NCBI GenBank assembly: GCA_964647785.1
Contig: CAZYJD010000001.1
Span: 26,148-90,147 of the forward strand
Length of the DNA: 64,000 bases
Origin: an uncultured Chitinophagaceae bacterium
GTDB taxonomy: Bacteria; Bacteroidota; Bacteroidia; NS11-12g; UBA9320
Direction: 5' to 3'
The position numbers were made by a program, and so were the translations under genes. This document shows, one piece after another, positions 38,639 to 50,500 of this stretch. Numbering within the stretch: the first letter of the stretch is position 1; the number at the start of each line of letters is the position of its first letter. The notes under the pieces were generated by a model, which made no database searches, was not told the origin of the DNA, and was given only the letters and a program-made list of their open reading frames with translations.

Positions 38639-40522
38639 TCAATTCTCTTCTTTTTCACTCAACTCCATCCACCTCAGCAGTTTCTCATCAATCAACTCAT
38701 GGATGCTTTGAATTTCCAGACCGATTCTGGTCAACTCCTCGTGATCATTCTCTGGCCTGCTCAAACCTTCCTCCAATTCGGTTTTCTTTTTTTCCAACTC
38801 GGGTATTTCCTGATCCAATTGTTCCAGCTCTCGCTGTTCGTTGTATGAGAGTCTTGCCTTCCTTTTTTCAGGTCTTGCAGCACTTTCCGCTACCTTCACA
38901 ACAGCCTCTGCTTTCTCAGCCTCTTCCAGTTCCTGCTGAAGCCGGTATTCGCTATAGGTGCCATTGAAATCCTGAACCTCTCCCTCTCCTTGAAAAATAA
39001 ACAGATGATCAACCAGCATGTCCATAAAATATCGGTCGTGCGACACCATGAGCAGACATCCTCCATAAGTCATGAGAAAGTCTTCCAGTTTGCTCAGAGT
39101 AATCAGGTCCAGATCATTGGTGGGCTCATCGAGAATGAGGAAATTTGGATTTTTCATCAAGACCGTAAGCAAAAACAACCTTCTCTTTTCACCTCCACTT
39201 AGTTTGCTCACAAAGGTGTGCTGCATGGGCGGGGGGAAAAGAAAGTGATTCAGCAGTTGACTGGCGGTAACTTTTCGGCCATCGCTCATTTCAATCACAT
39301 CGGCTATATCGCGCAGTACTTCAATAACCCTTTTATCTTCTTTGAGTTGAAGGCCTTGCTGGCTGTAGTAACCAAAAACCAGGGTGTCTCCACGGTTAAT
39401 TTTGCCGCTGTCTGCCAGTTCTAGGCCGGTTAAAACATTTAGCAAGGTTGATTTCCCACTGCCATTGCGCCCTACAATGCCAATGCGTTCTCCTTTTTTA
39501 AACGTATAATCAAATCCCTTCAGCAACGATTTATCGCCATAGGACTTGTACAATTTCTTCAACTCCAGAACCTTGCCACCAATGCGGTTCATTTTCACAT
39601 CCAACACCAACTCCTGCTCGGGTTTTTTGCCCAGGGATTTTTCCTTCAGCGCATAAAAAGCTTCGATTCTCGACTTCGACTTGGTGGTTCGCGCCTTGGG
39701 CATGCGCCTGATCCACTCCTGTTCCTTGCGCATGAGTTGACGGGCCTTTTCAGCATCCACCCGATACACCTCTTCTCGCTCGGCCCGCTTCTGCAAAAAG
39801 TAGCTGTAATTGCCGCGATGATGATAAAGTTTTCCATCGCTCAACTCCAAAATATGGTTGCACACCCGGTCGAGAAAATAGCGGTCGTGGGTCACCATTA
39901 AAAGGGTGATGCGCGTTTGTGACAAATAGTTCTCCAACCACTCGATCATCTCAATGTCGAGATGGTTGGTTGGCTCATCCAACAGAAGAATTTCAGGCTG
40001 ATCCAGCAAAGTGAGTGCCAGTGCCAGTCGTTTTTTCTGCCCGCCGCTCAGCGATTCAATGGCCTGTGCAAATTCTCTGATGCCAAACAAACTCAACAGC
40101 TCTTCGGCTTTGCGCTCGTAATCCCAAGCATCGAGGCGATCCATTTCTGCCATGGCAAGCTCCACCTCCTGCTGATTCTTTGCACTGAACTCTTCCGACT
40201 GCTGTTCAACCGCATTCTCGTAAGCGCGTATGGCATCCAAAACATGCGTTTGGGCGTGTTTAATGAGCTGGGCAATGGTGCTAAAATCAGTAAAATCAGG
40301 CTCCTGCGGCAAGTATCCAATGCGCAGCCCCTCTCGGGTACTTACATGACCCCGATCCGCTTCATCTTTCCCTGCCAGTATTTTCAGCAGGGTGCTTTTG
40401 CCGGTTCCATTATTGGCAACCAAAGCCATTTTGTCGCCCTTGCTCAAGCCGAAGCTCAAACCACTGAACAAAACCCGTTCACCAAGGTCGCGATGAAGGT
40501 TTTCTGCTGATAAATAATTCAT
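38639..40522 (-). CDS. ABC-F family ATPase (Uup/YheS-like) with a C-terminal coiled-coil
   Basis: Two ABC domains (GKSTLLKILAG / LSGGQKKRLALA; GSGKSTLLNVL / LSGGEKRRLFL). No TM segments. C-terminal ELEQLDQEIPELEKKKTELEE. Confidence 0.93.
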   Translation of the reverse strand: MNYLSAENLHRDLGERVLFSGLSFGLSKGDKMALVANNGTGKSTLLKILAGKDEADRGHVSTREGLRIGYLPQEPDFTDFSTIAQLIKHAQTHVLDAIRAYENAVEQQSEEFSAKNQQEVELAMAEMDRLDAWDYERKAEELLSLFGIREFAQAIESLSGGQKKRLALALTLLDQPEILLLDEPTNHLDIEMIEWLENYLSQTRITLLMVTHDRYFLDRVCNHILELSDGKLYHHRGNYSYFLQKRAEREEVYRVDAEKARQLMRKEQEWIRRMPKARTTKSKSRIEAFYALKEKSLGKKPEQELVLDVKMNRIGGKVLELKKLYKSYGDKSLLKGFDYTFKKGERIGIVGRNGSGKSTLLNVLTGLELADSGKINRGDTLVFGYYSQQGLQLKEDKRVIEVLRDIADVIEMSDGRKVTASQLLNHFLFPPPMQHTFVSKLSGGEKRRLFLLTVLMKNPNFLILDEPTNDLDLITLSKLEDFLMTYGGCLLMVSHDRYFMDMLVDHLFIFQGEGEVQDFNGTYSEYRLQQELEEAEKAEAVVKVAESAARPEKRKARLSYNEQRELEQLDQEIPELEKKKTELEEGLSRPENDHEELTRIGLEIQSIHELIDEKLLRWMELSEKEEN

Positions 40523-40584
40523 AAAGACGGGGTTATAAGCGACTTAACCCCGAGTGGGGTAGGTACGGGCAAATTGGGGTGCGT

Positions 40585-42999
40585 TTACATTTCCGGGTAA
40601 AGGGCAGGATTGTATTCGCTCATCATGGCATAAATGGTTTCAAATACATCATCTGCATTCGACTTGCTGAAATAATCTCCATCGGTTCCGTAGGCCGGAC
40701 GGTGCTCCTTAGCGGTAATGGTTCTGGGTTCAGCATCGAGGTAATAGTATCCTTTCTGTTCTTCCAACACCTTTTGCATCATATAAGCCGTGGCCCCACC
40801 GGGCACGTCTTCATCCATGAACACCACCTTGTTGGTTTTCTTCAAAGATTCAACAATATGGTGCCCCGTGTCAAACGGAATGAGGCTTTGCACATCAATC
40901 AACTCCACGGAAATACCCTTTTCCTCCAGCATTTCTATCCCTTCTTCGGCAATACGAACGCAAGAACCATAGGTAATCAGCGTTACGTCGCTGCCTTCTT
41001 TCAGAACTTCAGGAATACCCGGTTTAAGGGTGTATTCAGACAGGTTATCAGGCATGCGCTCTTTCAGTCGATAGCCGTTCAAACACTCCACAATCAACGC
41101 GGGCTCATCGCTTTTGAGCACTGCATTGTAAAAGCCTGCCGCCTGAACCATGTTTCTGGGAACCAGCACATGCATGCCGCGAACAGCATGAATGATCATT
41201 CCCATGGGAGATCCACTGTGCCAAATCCCCTCGAGTCTATGCCCCCTGGTGCGAATGATCAACGGTGCTTTTTGCCCCCCTTTGGTGCGGTACTGCAAGC
41301 TCGCAATATCATCGCTCATGATTTGAAGCGCGTACAACAAATAATCGAGATATTGAATCTCAGCAATGGGTCGCAAGCCTCTCATGGCGGCGCCAATTGC
41401 TTGGCCCACAATGGTAAGCTCTCTGATGCCGGTATCGGTGATTCGAACCTCACCGTACTTCTCCTGCAATCCTGCAAAACCTTGATTCACATCGCCTATT
41501 TTTCCAACATCTTCACCGAATGCGACAATACGCGGATCGCGCTCCATGGCGCCATCGAACAATTTCTGTAGAATCTCAAAGCCATTCAAAAGCTTACTCT
41601 GCTCAGAAAAGCTGGCTTCAACCGCTTCTACCTTTGAAAGGCTGTGGTCAGATTCAGAATACAAATGGCTGTCATATCGGTCTTCATTGAGTTGTAAGTA
41701 TGCATCCAACCACTGTTTATAAGTAGCACGTTGCGAAAACTCTTCTCCTATGGTGATTCGCAATGCTTTGCGTGCCGTTTTTACAAGGTCTTTTCTAATG
41801 GGGTCCATTGTGCTCTTGAGCTCAGCTGCTGCTGCACGAATGGCGTCGGCATGTGAAGAGGCTGCCGCCAATAGGTCCATTTGAGACAAAAGCTCATCTA
41901 GTTCGCTGCGTATTCCGCTGCGGTATTCTTCCCAAGCGGCTTTGCGTTCGTTCTTAACATGCTCGTTGGCTTCTTTTTCTATCTCATCCAGAGCATCTTC
42001 TGTACTCAGGCCCGATGAAACAATCCATTCGCGCATCTTTTTAATACAATCGTGCTCCTCCTCCCACTGCAAGCGCTCCTTGCTCTTGTAACGCTCATGA
42101 GAACCGGAAGTGCTGTGTCCCTGCGGTTGGGTGATTTCCGTAACGTGTATAATTACGGGAATATGTTCTTCTCTGCTCAGTTTCACGGCCTTGGTGTATG
42201 TTTTTACCAGCTCAGGATAATCCCATCCCTTAACTGAATAGATTTCGAAGCCCTTGCCGTATTTATCAGTTTGAAAACCACTGAGTATCGATGACAAATT
42301 CTCTTTGGTGGTCTGATATTTTGCCGGCACGGATATCCCATATTCATCGTCCCATATGCTCATGCAAAAAGGAACCTGCAACACCCCTGCAGCATTGATG
42401 GCTTCCCAAAATCCTCCTTCACTGGTGCTGGCGTTTCCGATCGTGCCGAAAGCAACCTCATTTCCATTCACTGAAAAATCGGTCATGCCGCCCAGCGCTG
42501 GATTGTTTCGATAGAGCTTGGAAGCCCAAGCAAGCCCAAGCAATCGCGGCATTTGGCCTGCTGTTGGTGAAATATCTGCTGAAGAGTTATACTGATCCGT
42601 TTGGCTTAACCAATGGCCATTTTCATCTAAAAAACGGGTGGCAAAATGCCCATTCATGCTGCGACCTGCTGAGGCGGGTTCGGCCTGGGGATCGGGGGTG
42701 GCGTAAAGCTGTGCGAAGAACGCCCTGACATTGCTAATGCCCAATGCAAACATGAACGTCTGATCACGGTAATATCCGGAGCGAAAATCACCTTTTTGAA
42801 ATGCCTTTGCCATGGCCAACTGTGCGACCTCTTTTCCATCACCGAAAATGCCAAATTTCGCTTTGCCTGTTAACACTTCTTTACGACCTGTTAAACTGGC
42901 CTGACGACTTTGATAGGCTATTCGGTAATCGCGTAGAACTTCCTGAATGAAATCCTCCTTGCTGATGGCCTTTTTCTTTTCTCTTGCCATTTCACTCAT
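40585..42999 (-). CDS. Fused 2-oxoacid (likely branched-chain) dehydrogenase E1 component alpha/beta
   Basis: 804 aa. N-terminal TPP-binding alpha region (GNASTSEGGFWEAINAAGV) and C-terminal transketolase-like beta region (GEDVGKIGDV...). Confidence 0.8.
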   Translation of the reverse strand: MSEMAREKKKAISKEDFIQEVLRDYRIAYQSRQASLTGRKEVLTGKAKFGIFGDGKEVAQLAMAKAFQKGDFRSGYYRDQTFMFALGISNVRAFFAQLYATPDPQAEPASAGRSMNGHFATRFLDENGHWLSQTDQYNSSADISPTAGQMPRLLGLAWASKLYRNNPALGGMTDFSVNGNEVAFGTIGNASTSEGGFWEAINAAGVLQVPFCMSIWDDEYGISVPAKYQTTKENLSSILSGFQTDKYGKGFEIYSVKGWDYPELVKTYTKAVKLSREEHIPVIIHVTEITQPQGHSTSGSHERYKSKERLQWEEEHDCIKKMREWIVSSGLSTEDALDEIEKEANEHVKNERKAAWEEYRSGIRSELDELLSQMDLLAAASSHADAIRAAAAELKSTMDPIRKDLVKTARKALRITIGEEFSQRATYKQWLDAYLQLNEDRYDSHLYSESDHSLSKVEAVEASFSEQSKLLNGFEILQKLFDGAMERDPRIVAFGEDVGKIGDVNQGFAGLQEKYGEVRITDTGIRELTIVGQAIGAAMRGLRPIAEIQYLDYLLYALQIMSDDIASLQYRTKGGQKAPLIIRTRGHRLEGIWHSGSPMGMIIHAVRGMHVLVPRNMVQAAGFYNAVLKSDEPALIVECLNGYRLKERMPDNLSEYTLKPGIPEVLKEGSDVTLITYGSCVRIAEEGIEMLEEKGISVELIDVQSLIPFDTGHHIVESLKKTNKVVFMDEDVPGGATAYMMQKVLEEQKGYYYLDAEPRTITAKEHRPAYGTDGDYFSKSNADDVFETIYAMMSEYNPALYPEM

Positions 43000-43056
43000 A
43001 AGGCTGCAAAAATAATCAAATTGACAGCGCCGAAGGGATGATTTACGCTGCTGTTA

Positions 43057-43791
43057 TCAGCTTTGAAACAAGCTTCTCGCTTCGAGCAATTCGCTCAGAA
43101 ATTTTGGCCTCATTTCGATGGCATTGCCCACCACCAACACATCTGCCCCACTTTGCCATGCTGAGTAGGCCTGCTCGGCGCTGCGTATACCTCCGCCAAC
43201 GATCAAAGGAAGCTCAAGCATCTTCTTAACTGCGCGAATCATACCATCGCTTACTGCTTGCTCTGCTCCGCTGCCGGTATCCATGTAAATCAGCTTCATC
43301 CCCAATTGCTGAGCTGCCAAAGCTGTGCTAACTGCAAGGCCCGGCTTGTTGTTCGGCAATGGAAAGCTCTGGCTTACATAATGCGCGGTGGTGCTTGACC
43401 CGCCATCGATGAGCATGTAAGCAGTCGGAATGATTTCAAGACCGCTTCTGTGCAATTCCATCGAAGCTTCTACATGTCGCCCTATCAACAAATCTGGATT
43501 GCGCCCTGAAACCAAACTTAAAAGTAAAAAGGCATCCGCTTCTGAGCTGATATGCGATGGCGATGATGGGAAAATAATACAGGGGTTGTTGCTCCTTTTC
43601 TTGATGCGCTTGATGCTTTCTTCGATGCTTCCGCTAAAAACCAAACTTCCACCGATCAACCATATGTCTGGTTCTCCAGACAAAATAATTTTGTCCAGCT
43701 GTTTTTCATCCGAATGATCAGGATCTATCAAAACAGCCAACTGTTTGGATGCCAGCAGTTTCTGATTTTGAAAAAGTTTTAATATGCTCAA
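43057..43791 (-). CDS. Geranylgeranylglyceryl phosphate synthase family protein (PcrB/GGGPS homolog)
   Basis: TIM-barrel PcrB-like sequence LIGGSLVFSG...YMDTGSGAEQ...PLIVGGGIRS...VVGNAIE. Confidence 0.8.
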   Translation of the reverse strand: MSILKLFQNQKLLASKQLAVLIDPDHSDEKQLDKIILSGEPDIWLIGGSLVFSGSIEESIKRIKKRSNNPCIIFPSSPSHISSEADAFLLLSLVSGRNPDLLIGRHVEASMELHRSGLEIIPTAYMLIDGGSSTTAHYVSQSFPLPNNKPGLAVSTALAAQQLGMKLIYMDTGSGAEQAVSDGMIRAVKKMLELPLIVGGGIRSAEQAYSAWQSGADVLVVGNAIEMRPKFLSELLEARSLFQS

Positions 43792-44041
43792 TATCAGATA
43801 TTTAATTGCAATTGTTTGGCTATCAGACGCTTGAACCTTTCTTCAAAGATGCAATTATTTCCTTTAAATAATTGTTATCAACAGCCAGAGTTCTGTAAAT
43901 CCAAAAAGAAATCTCGATCAAAAAAAACGGGTGTGGAAAAGTGCAATTGTAAGTGGAGGGTCAGCAAAAATATCTTTGATCCAAAAACCCCCTAAAAGTT
44001 TTCAGGGGAGACTATAAAACGTAAGAATAAGAAGAAATGCT

Positions 44042-47000
44042 ATGAGCCAAAACAAGAACTTTACCTATCCGAAAAATGGTCTGAAATTCAAAAGATATTT
44101 CACCAGCGATAAGAAGAGTCCATACGAGCTGTTCAAATATGAATTTCGCTCCTCTGTGATCAAGAATCCTACGGGAGATGTTGTTTTTGAGATGAATAAT
44201 GTGGAAGTGCCCGAAGGGTGGTCACAGGTTGCCACCGACATTCTTGCACAGAAATATTTCAGAAAAGCCGGTGTTCCTCAGGAAGATGGAAGCGACGGAT
44301 CTGAGCATTCAATCAAACAGGTTGCTCATCGCCTGGCTGATACCTGGCGCTTTTGGGGAGAGAAATACGGATATTTTTCATCCAAAAAAGATGCACAAAT
44401 TTTTTATGAAGAGTTGGTCTTTAGCATCATGGCTCAAAATGCTGCCCCCAATTCTCCACAGTGGTTCAATACAGGACTGCACCACATTTACGGAATCAAA
44501 GGAAAACCACAGGGACATTACTATTGTGACCCCAAGAGTGGTCAGCTGAAAAAATCTACTTCGGCTTATGAAAGGCCCCAACCACACGCATGCTTCATCC
44601 TTTCAGTAGATGATGATTTGGTGAACGATGGCGGTATCATGGATCTTTGGGTTCGCGAGGCTCGTATCTTTAAATATGGATCAGGAGTAGGAACCAACTT
44701 CTCCAAGATTAGAGGGGCCAATGAAAAACTTTCAGGCGGCGGACAGTCCAGTGGTTTGATGTCGTTTCTTAAGATAGGTGACCGCGCGGCCGGTGCCATT
44801 AAGTCGGGAGGAACCACGCGTCGTGCAGCCAAAATGGTATGCCTCGACCTGGACCACCCGGAAGCCATGGAATTCATCAACTGGAAAAAAGATGAAGAAC
44901 GCAAAGTAGCCGCGCTCATTCAAGCCGGTTACTCATCGCACTATGAAGGAGATGCCTATCAAACGGTATCCGGACAAAACTCCAACAACTCTGTTCGTAT
45001 TCCGGACAGCTTCTTTAAAACCCTCGACCAAGACGGCGAGTGGGAATTCAAGGCCAGAACCAATGGCCATGTCATGGCAAGCAAGCCCGCTTCTGAAGTT
45101 TGGGATGCCATTGCCGATGCAGCATGGGCGTGTGCTGATCCCGGTGTTCAATATGACACCACCATCAATGAGTGGCATACTTGCCCGGCCGGTGGTCGAA
45201 TCAACGCTTCCAACCCCTGCTCGGAATACATGTTCCTCGACAATACGGCCTGTAACTTGGCATCCATCAACCTTGTAAAATTCTTTGACGCCAACAGCCT
45301 TCGCTTTGATGTGGAAGGGTTTGAATTTACCTCCAGACTTTGGACCACCGTGCTGGAGATTTCCGTTTTGATGGCACAATTCCCTAGCAAAGAAGTGGCC
45401 CAACTGTCATACGACTACAGAACCCTTGGCCTCGGTTATGCCAACCTCGGTTCTGTTCTTATGATGAGTGGTATTCCATACGACAGCGAAAGAGCCGTGG
45501 CTATTTGTGGTGCGGTAACGGCAATCATGACTGGAACTGCCTATGCTACATCTGCTGAAATGGCTTCTTTCCTCGGACCATTCGCACGCTACGAAGAAAA
45601 TAGCGATAACATGCTCCGCGTTATGCGAAACCATCGCTATGCAGCATACAATGCCACCGACAATTACGAAGGTCTGAGCACCAAAGCTCAGGGCATCAAT
45701 CCAACCCATTGCCCCGATTACTTGCTCAGTGCCGCCTGCAACGCATGGGATAAGGCCGTACAATGGGGCGAAAAACACGGTTACCGAAATGCTCAAACAA
45801 CCGTTATTGCCCCCACCGGAACCATTGGTTTGGTAATGGATTGCGATACCACCGGTATTGAGCCTGACTTTGCCCTCGTTAAGTTCAAAAAACTTTCCGG
45901 TGGCGGCTATTTCAAAATCGTGAACAACTCGGTTCCAAAAGCACTGAAAACCCTTGGTTATTCATCTGAAGAAATCAATGATATCGTCAACTACGCAAAA
46001 GGCCACGGAACACTGAAAGGCGCTCCATTCATCAATTACGATTCTTTGAAAGCCAAAGGGTTTGACGATGCAGATATTGAAAAAATTGACGTGGGATTGC
46101 CTGCAGCCTTTGAAATTCAGAATGCCTTCAATCACTGGACTCTTGGCGATGCCACCATGCAAAAACTTGGTTTTGCAGTAAACGAATACACCAAACCCAA
46201 TTTCAATCTGCTCAAGTCTCTTGGATTTACTGCAAGAGAAATCAATGAGTGCAACAATTATGTATGTGGCACCATGACCGTAGAAGGCGCTCCGCATTTG
46301 AACGAAGAGCACCTGCCGGTATTTGATACTGCCAACAAGTGTGGCAAAATCGGTACGCGCTACATTCACGCCCACGCCCACATTAAAATGATGGCAGCAG
46401 CACAGCCATTCATCTCCGGAGCCATTTCAAAAACCATCAACCTGCCAAACGAGGCAACCGTGGATGATATCAAGTCTTGCTACCGACTGAGTTGGGATCT
46501 AGGCCTTAAAGCCAATGCTCTCTATCGCGATGGTTGTAAATTGTCCCAACCACTCAACAACAAATCAGATGAGGAAGAAGAAGACGAAAAGATCGACGCA
46601 GTAGAAAAGGTGGTTGGCGTAGCCGGCGACATCAAAGCCGAAGACATCACTCCTGAGATGGTGCTCGATGCTGCCGTTCGAATCATTAACGCCTCAACTG
46701 ATACCACCTTTAAGCGCCAGCTTTCTCGTATCGTGGAAAGAAAACGCCTACCCCAAAAACGAAGAGGTTTTACCCAAAAAGCCAAGGTGGGTGGACAAAC
46801 CATGTTTGTAAGAACCGGTGAATATAATGATGGAACCCTGGGAGAAATCTTCATCGACATCCACAAAGAAGGGGCCACCTTCCGCTCGTTGATGAACTGC
46901 TTCTGTATAGCCGTTTCGGTTGGTCTGCAATACGGTGTACCGCTTGAAGAGTACGTAGATAAATTCACCTTCACCCGCTTCGAACCATCGGGTATGGTTG

Positions 47001-47377
47001 AGGGTCATGACAACATCAAGAATTCTACCTCCATCATCGATTTCATCTTTAGAATGCTCGGTTTTGAATACCTCGGAAGAACGGATCTCGTGCAAATTCC
47101 TCCCAAGAAGGAAGATGCACCAGCTGGACAAGCTTCAGCAACGGCTGAAGTTCAACCAACTAAGCCCGCTGTTCCGAACCCCGTGAGCATTGAAAAACAA
47201 AATGACGCTGCTGGTGGAAGTGCATCTGCTCAAGCCAGAGGTGCTAGTGGTTTAGAAGAATATTTTGAGGGCCTACAAAGCGATGCTCCCGCTTGCGATG
47301 TATGTGGACATATGACCGTGAGAAGCGGCACCTGTTATAAATGTACCAATTGCGGCAACTCTTTGGGTTGCAGCTGA
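44042..47377 (+). CDS. nrdJ: Ribonucleotide reductase class II (adenosylcobalamin-dependent), long form with a C-terminal Zn-ribbon
   Basis: [21 protein letters not shown] active-site region. [19 protein letters not shown]-terminal CDVCGH...[13 protein letters not shown]. Confidence 0.9.
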   Translation: MSQNKNFTYPKNGLKFKRYFTSDKKSPYELFKYEFRSSVIKNPTGDVVFEMNNVEVPEGWSQVATDILAQKYFRKAGVPQEDGSDGSEHSIKQVAHRLADTWRFWGEKYGYFSSKKDAQIFYEELVFSIMAQNAAPNSPQWFNTGLHHIYGIKGKPQGHYYCDPKSGQLKKSTSAYERPQPHACFILSVDDDLVNDGGIMDLWVREARIFKYGSGVGTNFSKIRGANEKLSGGGQSSGLMSFLKIGDRAAGAIKSGGTTRRAAKMVCLDLDHPEAMEFINWKKDEERKVAALIQAGYSSHYEGDAYQTVSGQNSNNSVRIPDSFFKTLDQDGEWEFKARTNGHVMASKPASEVWDAIADAAWACADPGVQYDTTINEWHTCPAGGRINASNPCSEYMFLDNTACNLASINLVKFFDANSLRFDVEGFEFTSRLWTTVLEISVLMAQFPSKEVAQLSYDYRTLGLGYANLGSVLMMSGIPYDSERAVAICGAVTAIMTGTAYATSAEMASFLGPFARYEENSDNMLRVMRNHRYAAYNATDNYEGLSTKAQGINPTHCPDYLLSAACNAWDKAVQWGEKHGYRNAQTTVIAPTGTIGLVMDCDTTGIEPDFALVKFKKLSGGGYFKIVNNSVPKALKTLGYSSEEINDIVNYAKGHGTLKGAPFINYDSLKAKGFDDADIEKIDVGLPAAFEIQNAFNHWTLGDATMQKLGFAVNEYTKPNFNLLKSLGFTAREINECNNYVCGTMTVEGAPHLNEEHLPVFDTANKCGKIGTRYIHAHAHIKMMAAAQPFISGAISKTINLPNEATVDDIKSCYRLSWDLGLKANALYRDGCKLSQPLNNKSDEEEEDEKIDAVEKVVGVAGDIKAEDITPEMVLDAAVRIINASTDTTFKRQLSRIVERKRLPQKRRGFTQKAKVGGQTMFVRTGEYNDGTLGEIFIDIHKEGATFRSLMNCFCIAVSVGLQYGVPLEEYVDKFTFTRFEPSGMVEGHDNIKNSTSIIDFIFRMLGFEYLGRTDLVQIPPKKEDAPAGQASATAEVQPTKPAVPNPVSIEKQNDAAGGSASAQARGASGLEEYFEGLQSDAPACDVCGHMTVRSGTCYKCTNCGNSLGCS

Positions 47378-47410
47378 TACATTCATTTTGAATTGAATAA
47401 GGAATGCATT

Positions 47411-47440
47411 GAGCCGGCCAAAAGCCGGCTCTTGTATTTT
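47411..47440 (+). terminator. Rho-independent terminator after nrdJ
   Basis: gagccggccaaaagccggctc hairpin followed by ttgtatttt. Confidence 0.75.
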
Positions 47441-47492
47441 GGTGGCAATCGAACTGATTTAATTGATAACTTTGCTCAGCACAGCCATTGAA

Positions 47493-48587
47493 ATGAATCG
47501 CTCCATCTTGCTCATAATCCTGACGATCTACCTGTGCTTTCCCTCTCAGGCACAACAAAGGGCACCCAAATATGAGTTGGGCATTGCTGCTCATCCTGGT
47601 TTTTTGATGGCACATCAACAGAGCATGCTCGCTATGCAGGCCCATACAGTAGGTATCGAAATGCAATTCAGCAAGCGACTTTTTTCTCAAGGCTCTTGGT
47701 CTGAAGCATATCGACACCCGCAAATTGGCATCAATGCCTTGTATATGAATTTAGGAAATGAGCGCATCAACGGGCACGTATTTGCCCTCATGCCTAATTT
47801 TCAATTTGCTCTGGGTGGAACAAAAGATGCACATTGGGCCTTTCGTATGTCGACAGGGCTGGGCTGGGTTAGTAAAGTGTTTGATCTTGATAATAACCGC
47901 AAAAACCTCGCAATGAGCTCACATTTGAATGGAGGAATGCAATTATCTCTATTCTACAACAAGAAACTGGGTGAACAAGCGCTGATTAAATCAGGTATGA
48001 TTGTGACCCACTTCTCCAATGCAAGTGCAAGGGTTCCCAACCTGGGCATCAACATGCCCTCTCTTTATCTGGGGGTAAGCGGCTTGCTTCAACCCACCGA
48101 TCCCGGCAAATTGAAAGCAGAAAAACCTCTGAACCGTGGGTTATGGAATGCCTATGCGGCCTATGCCAATAAGCAACTCGACATGAGCAACCCAAGAACA
48201 TTTAATATTTTTTTGCTGGGCTGTAAACGCTTGTTGCCCACCCAAAAAGACCAGCGCTATTACCGATTTGGTGCAGATTTATTCTTTGATGCACAACACC
48301 TGTACAACCTTTACCCGGACAGAACCGATTACAAAGGTAGAATGGATGAACTTACCGAAGTTTCTATCACCGCGGGTTATCAAATGGGCATTTCGAGAAT
48401 TGATTTTTTTGCTGATCTAGGGGTTTATCTCTATCGCCCTTCTGATTTTAAACCTGCTTTTTTCCAGCGCCTCGGCTTCAATTGCCACCTGAGCAATCAG
48501 TGGTTTGCCCACTTGGCGTTGAAAACACATTACGCCACTGCTGATATTTTTGAATGGGGAGTGGGCTATAAATTAGGCAAGCCATGA
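47493..48587 (+). CDS. Outer-membrane acyloxyacyl hydrolase / PagL-like lipid A deacylase family protein
   Basis: Signal peptide MNRSILLIILTIYLCFPSQAQ. VTHFSNASA matches the PagL catalytic HxSNAG-type motif. Beta-barrel-like composition. Roughly twice the usual PagL length. Confidence 0.5.
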   Translation: MNRSILLIILTIYLCFPSQAQQRAPKYELGIAAHPGFLMAHQQSMLAMQAHTVGIEMQFSKRLFSQGSWSEAYRHPQIGINALYMNLGNERINGHVFALMPNFQFALGGTKDAHWAFRMSTGLGWVSKVFDLDNNRKNLAMSSHLNGGMQLSLFYNKKLGEQALIKSGMIVTHFSNASARVPNLGINMPSLYLGVSGLLQPTDPGKLKAEKPLNRGLWNAYAAYANKQLDMSNPRTFNIFLLGCKRLLPTQKDQRYYRFGADLFFDAQHLYNLYPDRTDYKGRMDELTEVSITAGYQMGISRIDFFADLGVYLYRPSDFKPAFFQRLGFNCHLSNQWFAHLALKTHYATADIFEWGVGYKLGKP

Positions 48588-49330
48588 AAAGTAAGCTTAT
48601 CATATGGCCCATCTTGCTTATGTTGGCGTTTACCGCATGTCGGAAAGAGCAATGGAACGACTGTTTTACAGGAGCCGGTGAAGTGCGCACCATTGAGCGA
48701 ATCATCGATGATTTTCACACCCTTGACATTTCTGATGCATTTGACATCATACTCATTCAAGACAGCAGTCGGCCTCCTTTCATTCAAATAGAAGGACCTA
48801 AAAACCTATTAGAAGGGGTGGTAACAGAAACCCAAAATGGCATCTTAAGCATACAAAATACCAATATCTGCAACTTTGTTCGATCGTTTGATGTTCACAT
48901 TAAGCTCACCATCAATATCCATTCACTCGATGCCATTTACGCCATTGGCAATTCAACCATTCAATCAACCGATACACTCCAACTCGACAAACTTTTATTG
49001 TCTCAGTCAGCTACCAATGAGTTTTATTTAAACGTTCATGCAAATGAAATTACTGTCCAATCAATCGATGCCGGTGAGTTCTTGCTTGAAGGAAAATCGA
49101 AGAGTTTAAAAGGGTCTTTGGAAAGGGTAAGTGAATTGGATGCAAGGAATCTGGTCTGTGAAGATGTATTGATCGACTCACATACCCCACTTGACCTATT
49201 CGTTCACGGAACTCGTGTGGTGTTTGTAAAAATATTTAACCGCGGAAATATTTACTATCAGGGAACGCCCTCTGAAAAACTAGAACTGAATGAGAAAACG
49301 GGAAGTGGTCAGTTGTTGCCCTTGCCATGA
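48584..49330 (+). CDS. Lipoprotein, DUF2807 / head-GIN-domain-like
   Basis: Lipoprotein signal ...LAFTAC. Beta-solenoid-like periodic sequence. Confidence 0.45.
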   Translation: MKSKLIIWPILLMLAFTACRKEQWNDCFTGAGEVRTIERIIDDFHTLDISDAFDIILIQDSSRPPFIQIEGPKNLLEGVVTETQNGILSIQNTNICNFVRSFDVHIKLTINIHSLDAIYAIGNSTIQSTDTLQLDKLLLSQSATNEFYLNVHANEITVQSIDAGEFLLEGKSKSLKGSLERVSELDARNLVCEDVLIDSHTPLDLFVHGTRVVFVKIFNRGNIYYQGTPSEKLELNEKTGSGQLLPLP

Positions 49331-50423
49331 AAAACATGGCGATATCGCAAGTACAATTCAGTAATTACATCTCCTTGACCTTCCTTCAAATCGTGAATGT
49401 ATTGCACTCGACCCATAAAAGAAAGATGGGCAGAAAGCGGGCGTTCATATCCCAATCTGGCCATGGCCACGTTCCGAATAAAAAAAAGTCGATCAGGACT
49501 TTCATCTGAAACCGAATGAAAAACTGGGTCGCCTAAGGTGGACTGAAACTGATACGAATCCCAGTAATTCATCATCAAATTGAGGTACTTCCATTTGAAA
49601 TTCAAGGAGGCATACGTACCATTTCCATCGATGAAACTATCCACCACAAACCTCGATTCATCAAGGTAATAAGTGCCATAAACCTGCAAATCGATGTTTT
49701 GCAATTTCGATTTAAGCGGGCGGTATTTGATTTGGCCCCCAATGGCCGTATTGTATATACTTTGAACTGGATCCGGAGATGCATCGATCTCGCCCCCCTT
49801 GTGTTGGGCCATCATTTGCACCGGTAATACCAATTGCCAGTTTGGTTTATTCAAAAGGGTGAGTTTTGTGTGCATTCCCGCAGTAAAAACTTCTTGAAAA
49901 GGAGAAGCAGGATAAATCATTTTGCGCCAATCAACCCAAACATCAGCTTTTAAAATGCGATGATCAATGAGGTACTGTATGCCATTTTCTATGGGATCAT
50001 TTAGTACATTCTCAAAATCGTAAAGGGGTTCTATGAGTTCATGGGACAAATTTCCCTGAAGGGTGCCAATGATGAATTGATGCATTCCCTTTTGATATTT
50101 CATTTGAAATACCGGCTCTAAAGCCTGTGGAAATGATCCTCCAAAATCATTTCGCAGGTAGACCCCAAATTGCAAACTGAAGGAAGAATCCGCCCGGTAA
50201 TTTACACTTGGCAAAAACTGATAACCCATATAGGTGCGCCCCTCCTTCAAAAGGTTTGCATATTCTGTATTTCGTGCAAAGCCCAGACTGTAAAGACCAA
50301 AAGAGATTTTACCCGGCTTCAAAAGAACCTGCTCATGACCCATTCTAAACATTTGATTGTTCAGCTGAGCGTTGGCTAATGTAGACAACGAAAGAAGTAA
50401 AATGAGCAATCTGAAGTGCATGA
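49309..50423 (-). CDS. Hypothetical outer-membrane protein
   Basis: Start chosen at the signal-peptide Met MHFRLLILLLSLSTLANAQ. Beta-rich and aromatic-rich. Confidence 0.5.
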
Positions 50424-50500
50424 CTTTCTTCAAGCGTACGAAAATAGAGCTAATTTGCCTACATAAGCCTTTGGAACAATAATTGAACACCTTCCAATAA

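Noticed and set aside
40579-41571. 330-aa + strand ORF
   Set aside because: Antisense to the E1 alpha/beta dehydrogenase gene. It has no recognisable features.
43792-44041. Possible cobalamin riboswitch upstream of nrdJ
   Set aside because: I looked for a B12-box-like sequence in the 250-nt leader and did not see one. Only a short hairpin (cccctaaaagttttcagggg) is present. Class II RNRs are also not typical riboswitch targets. A covariance-model scan such as Rfam would settle it.
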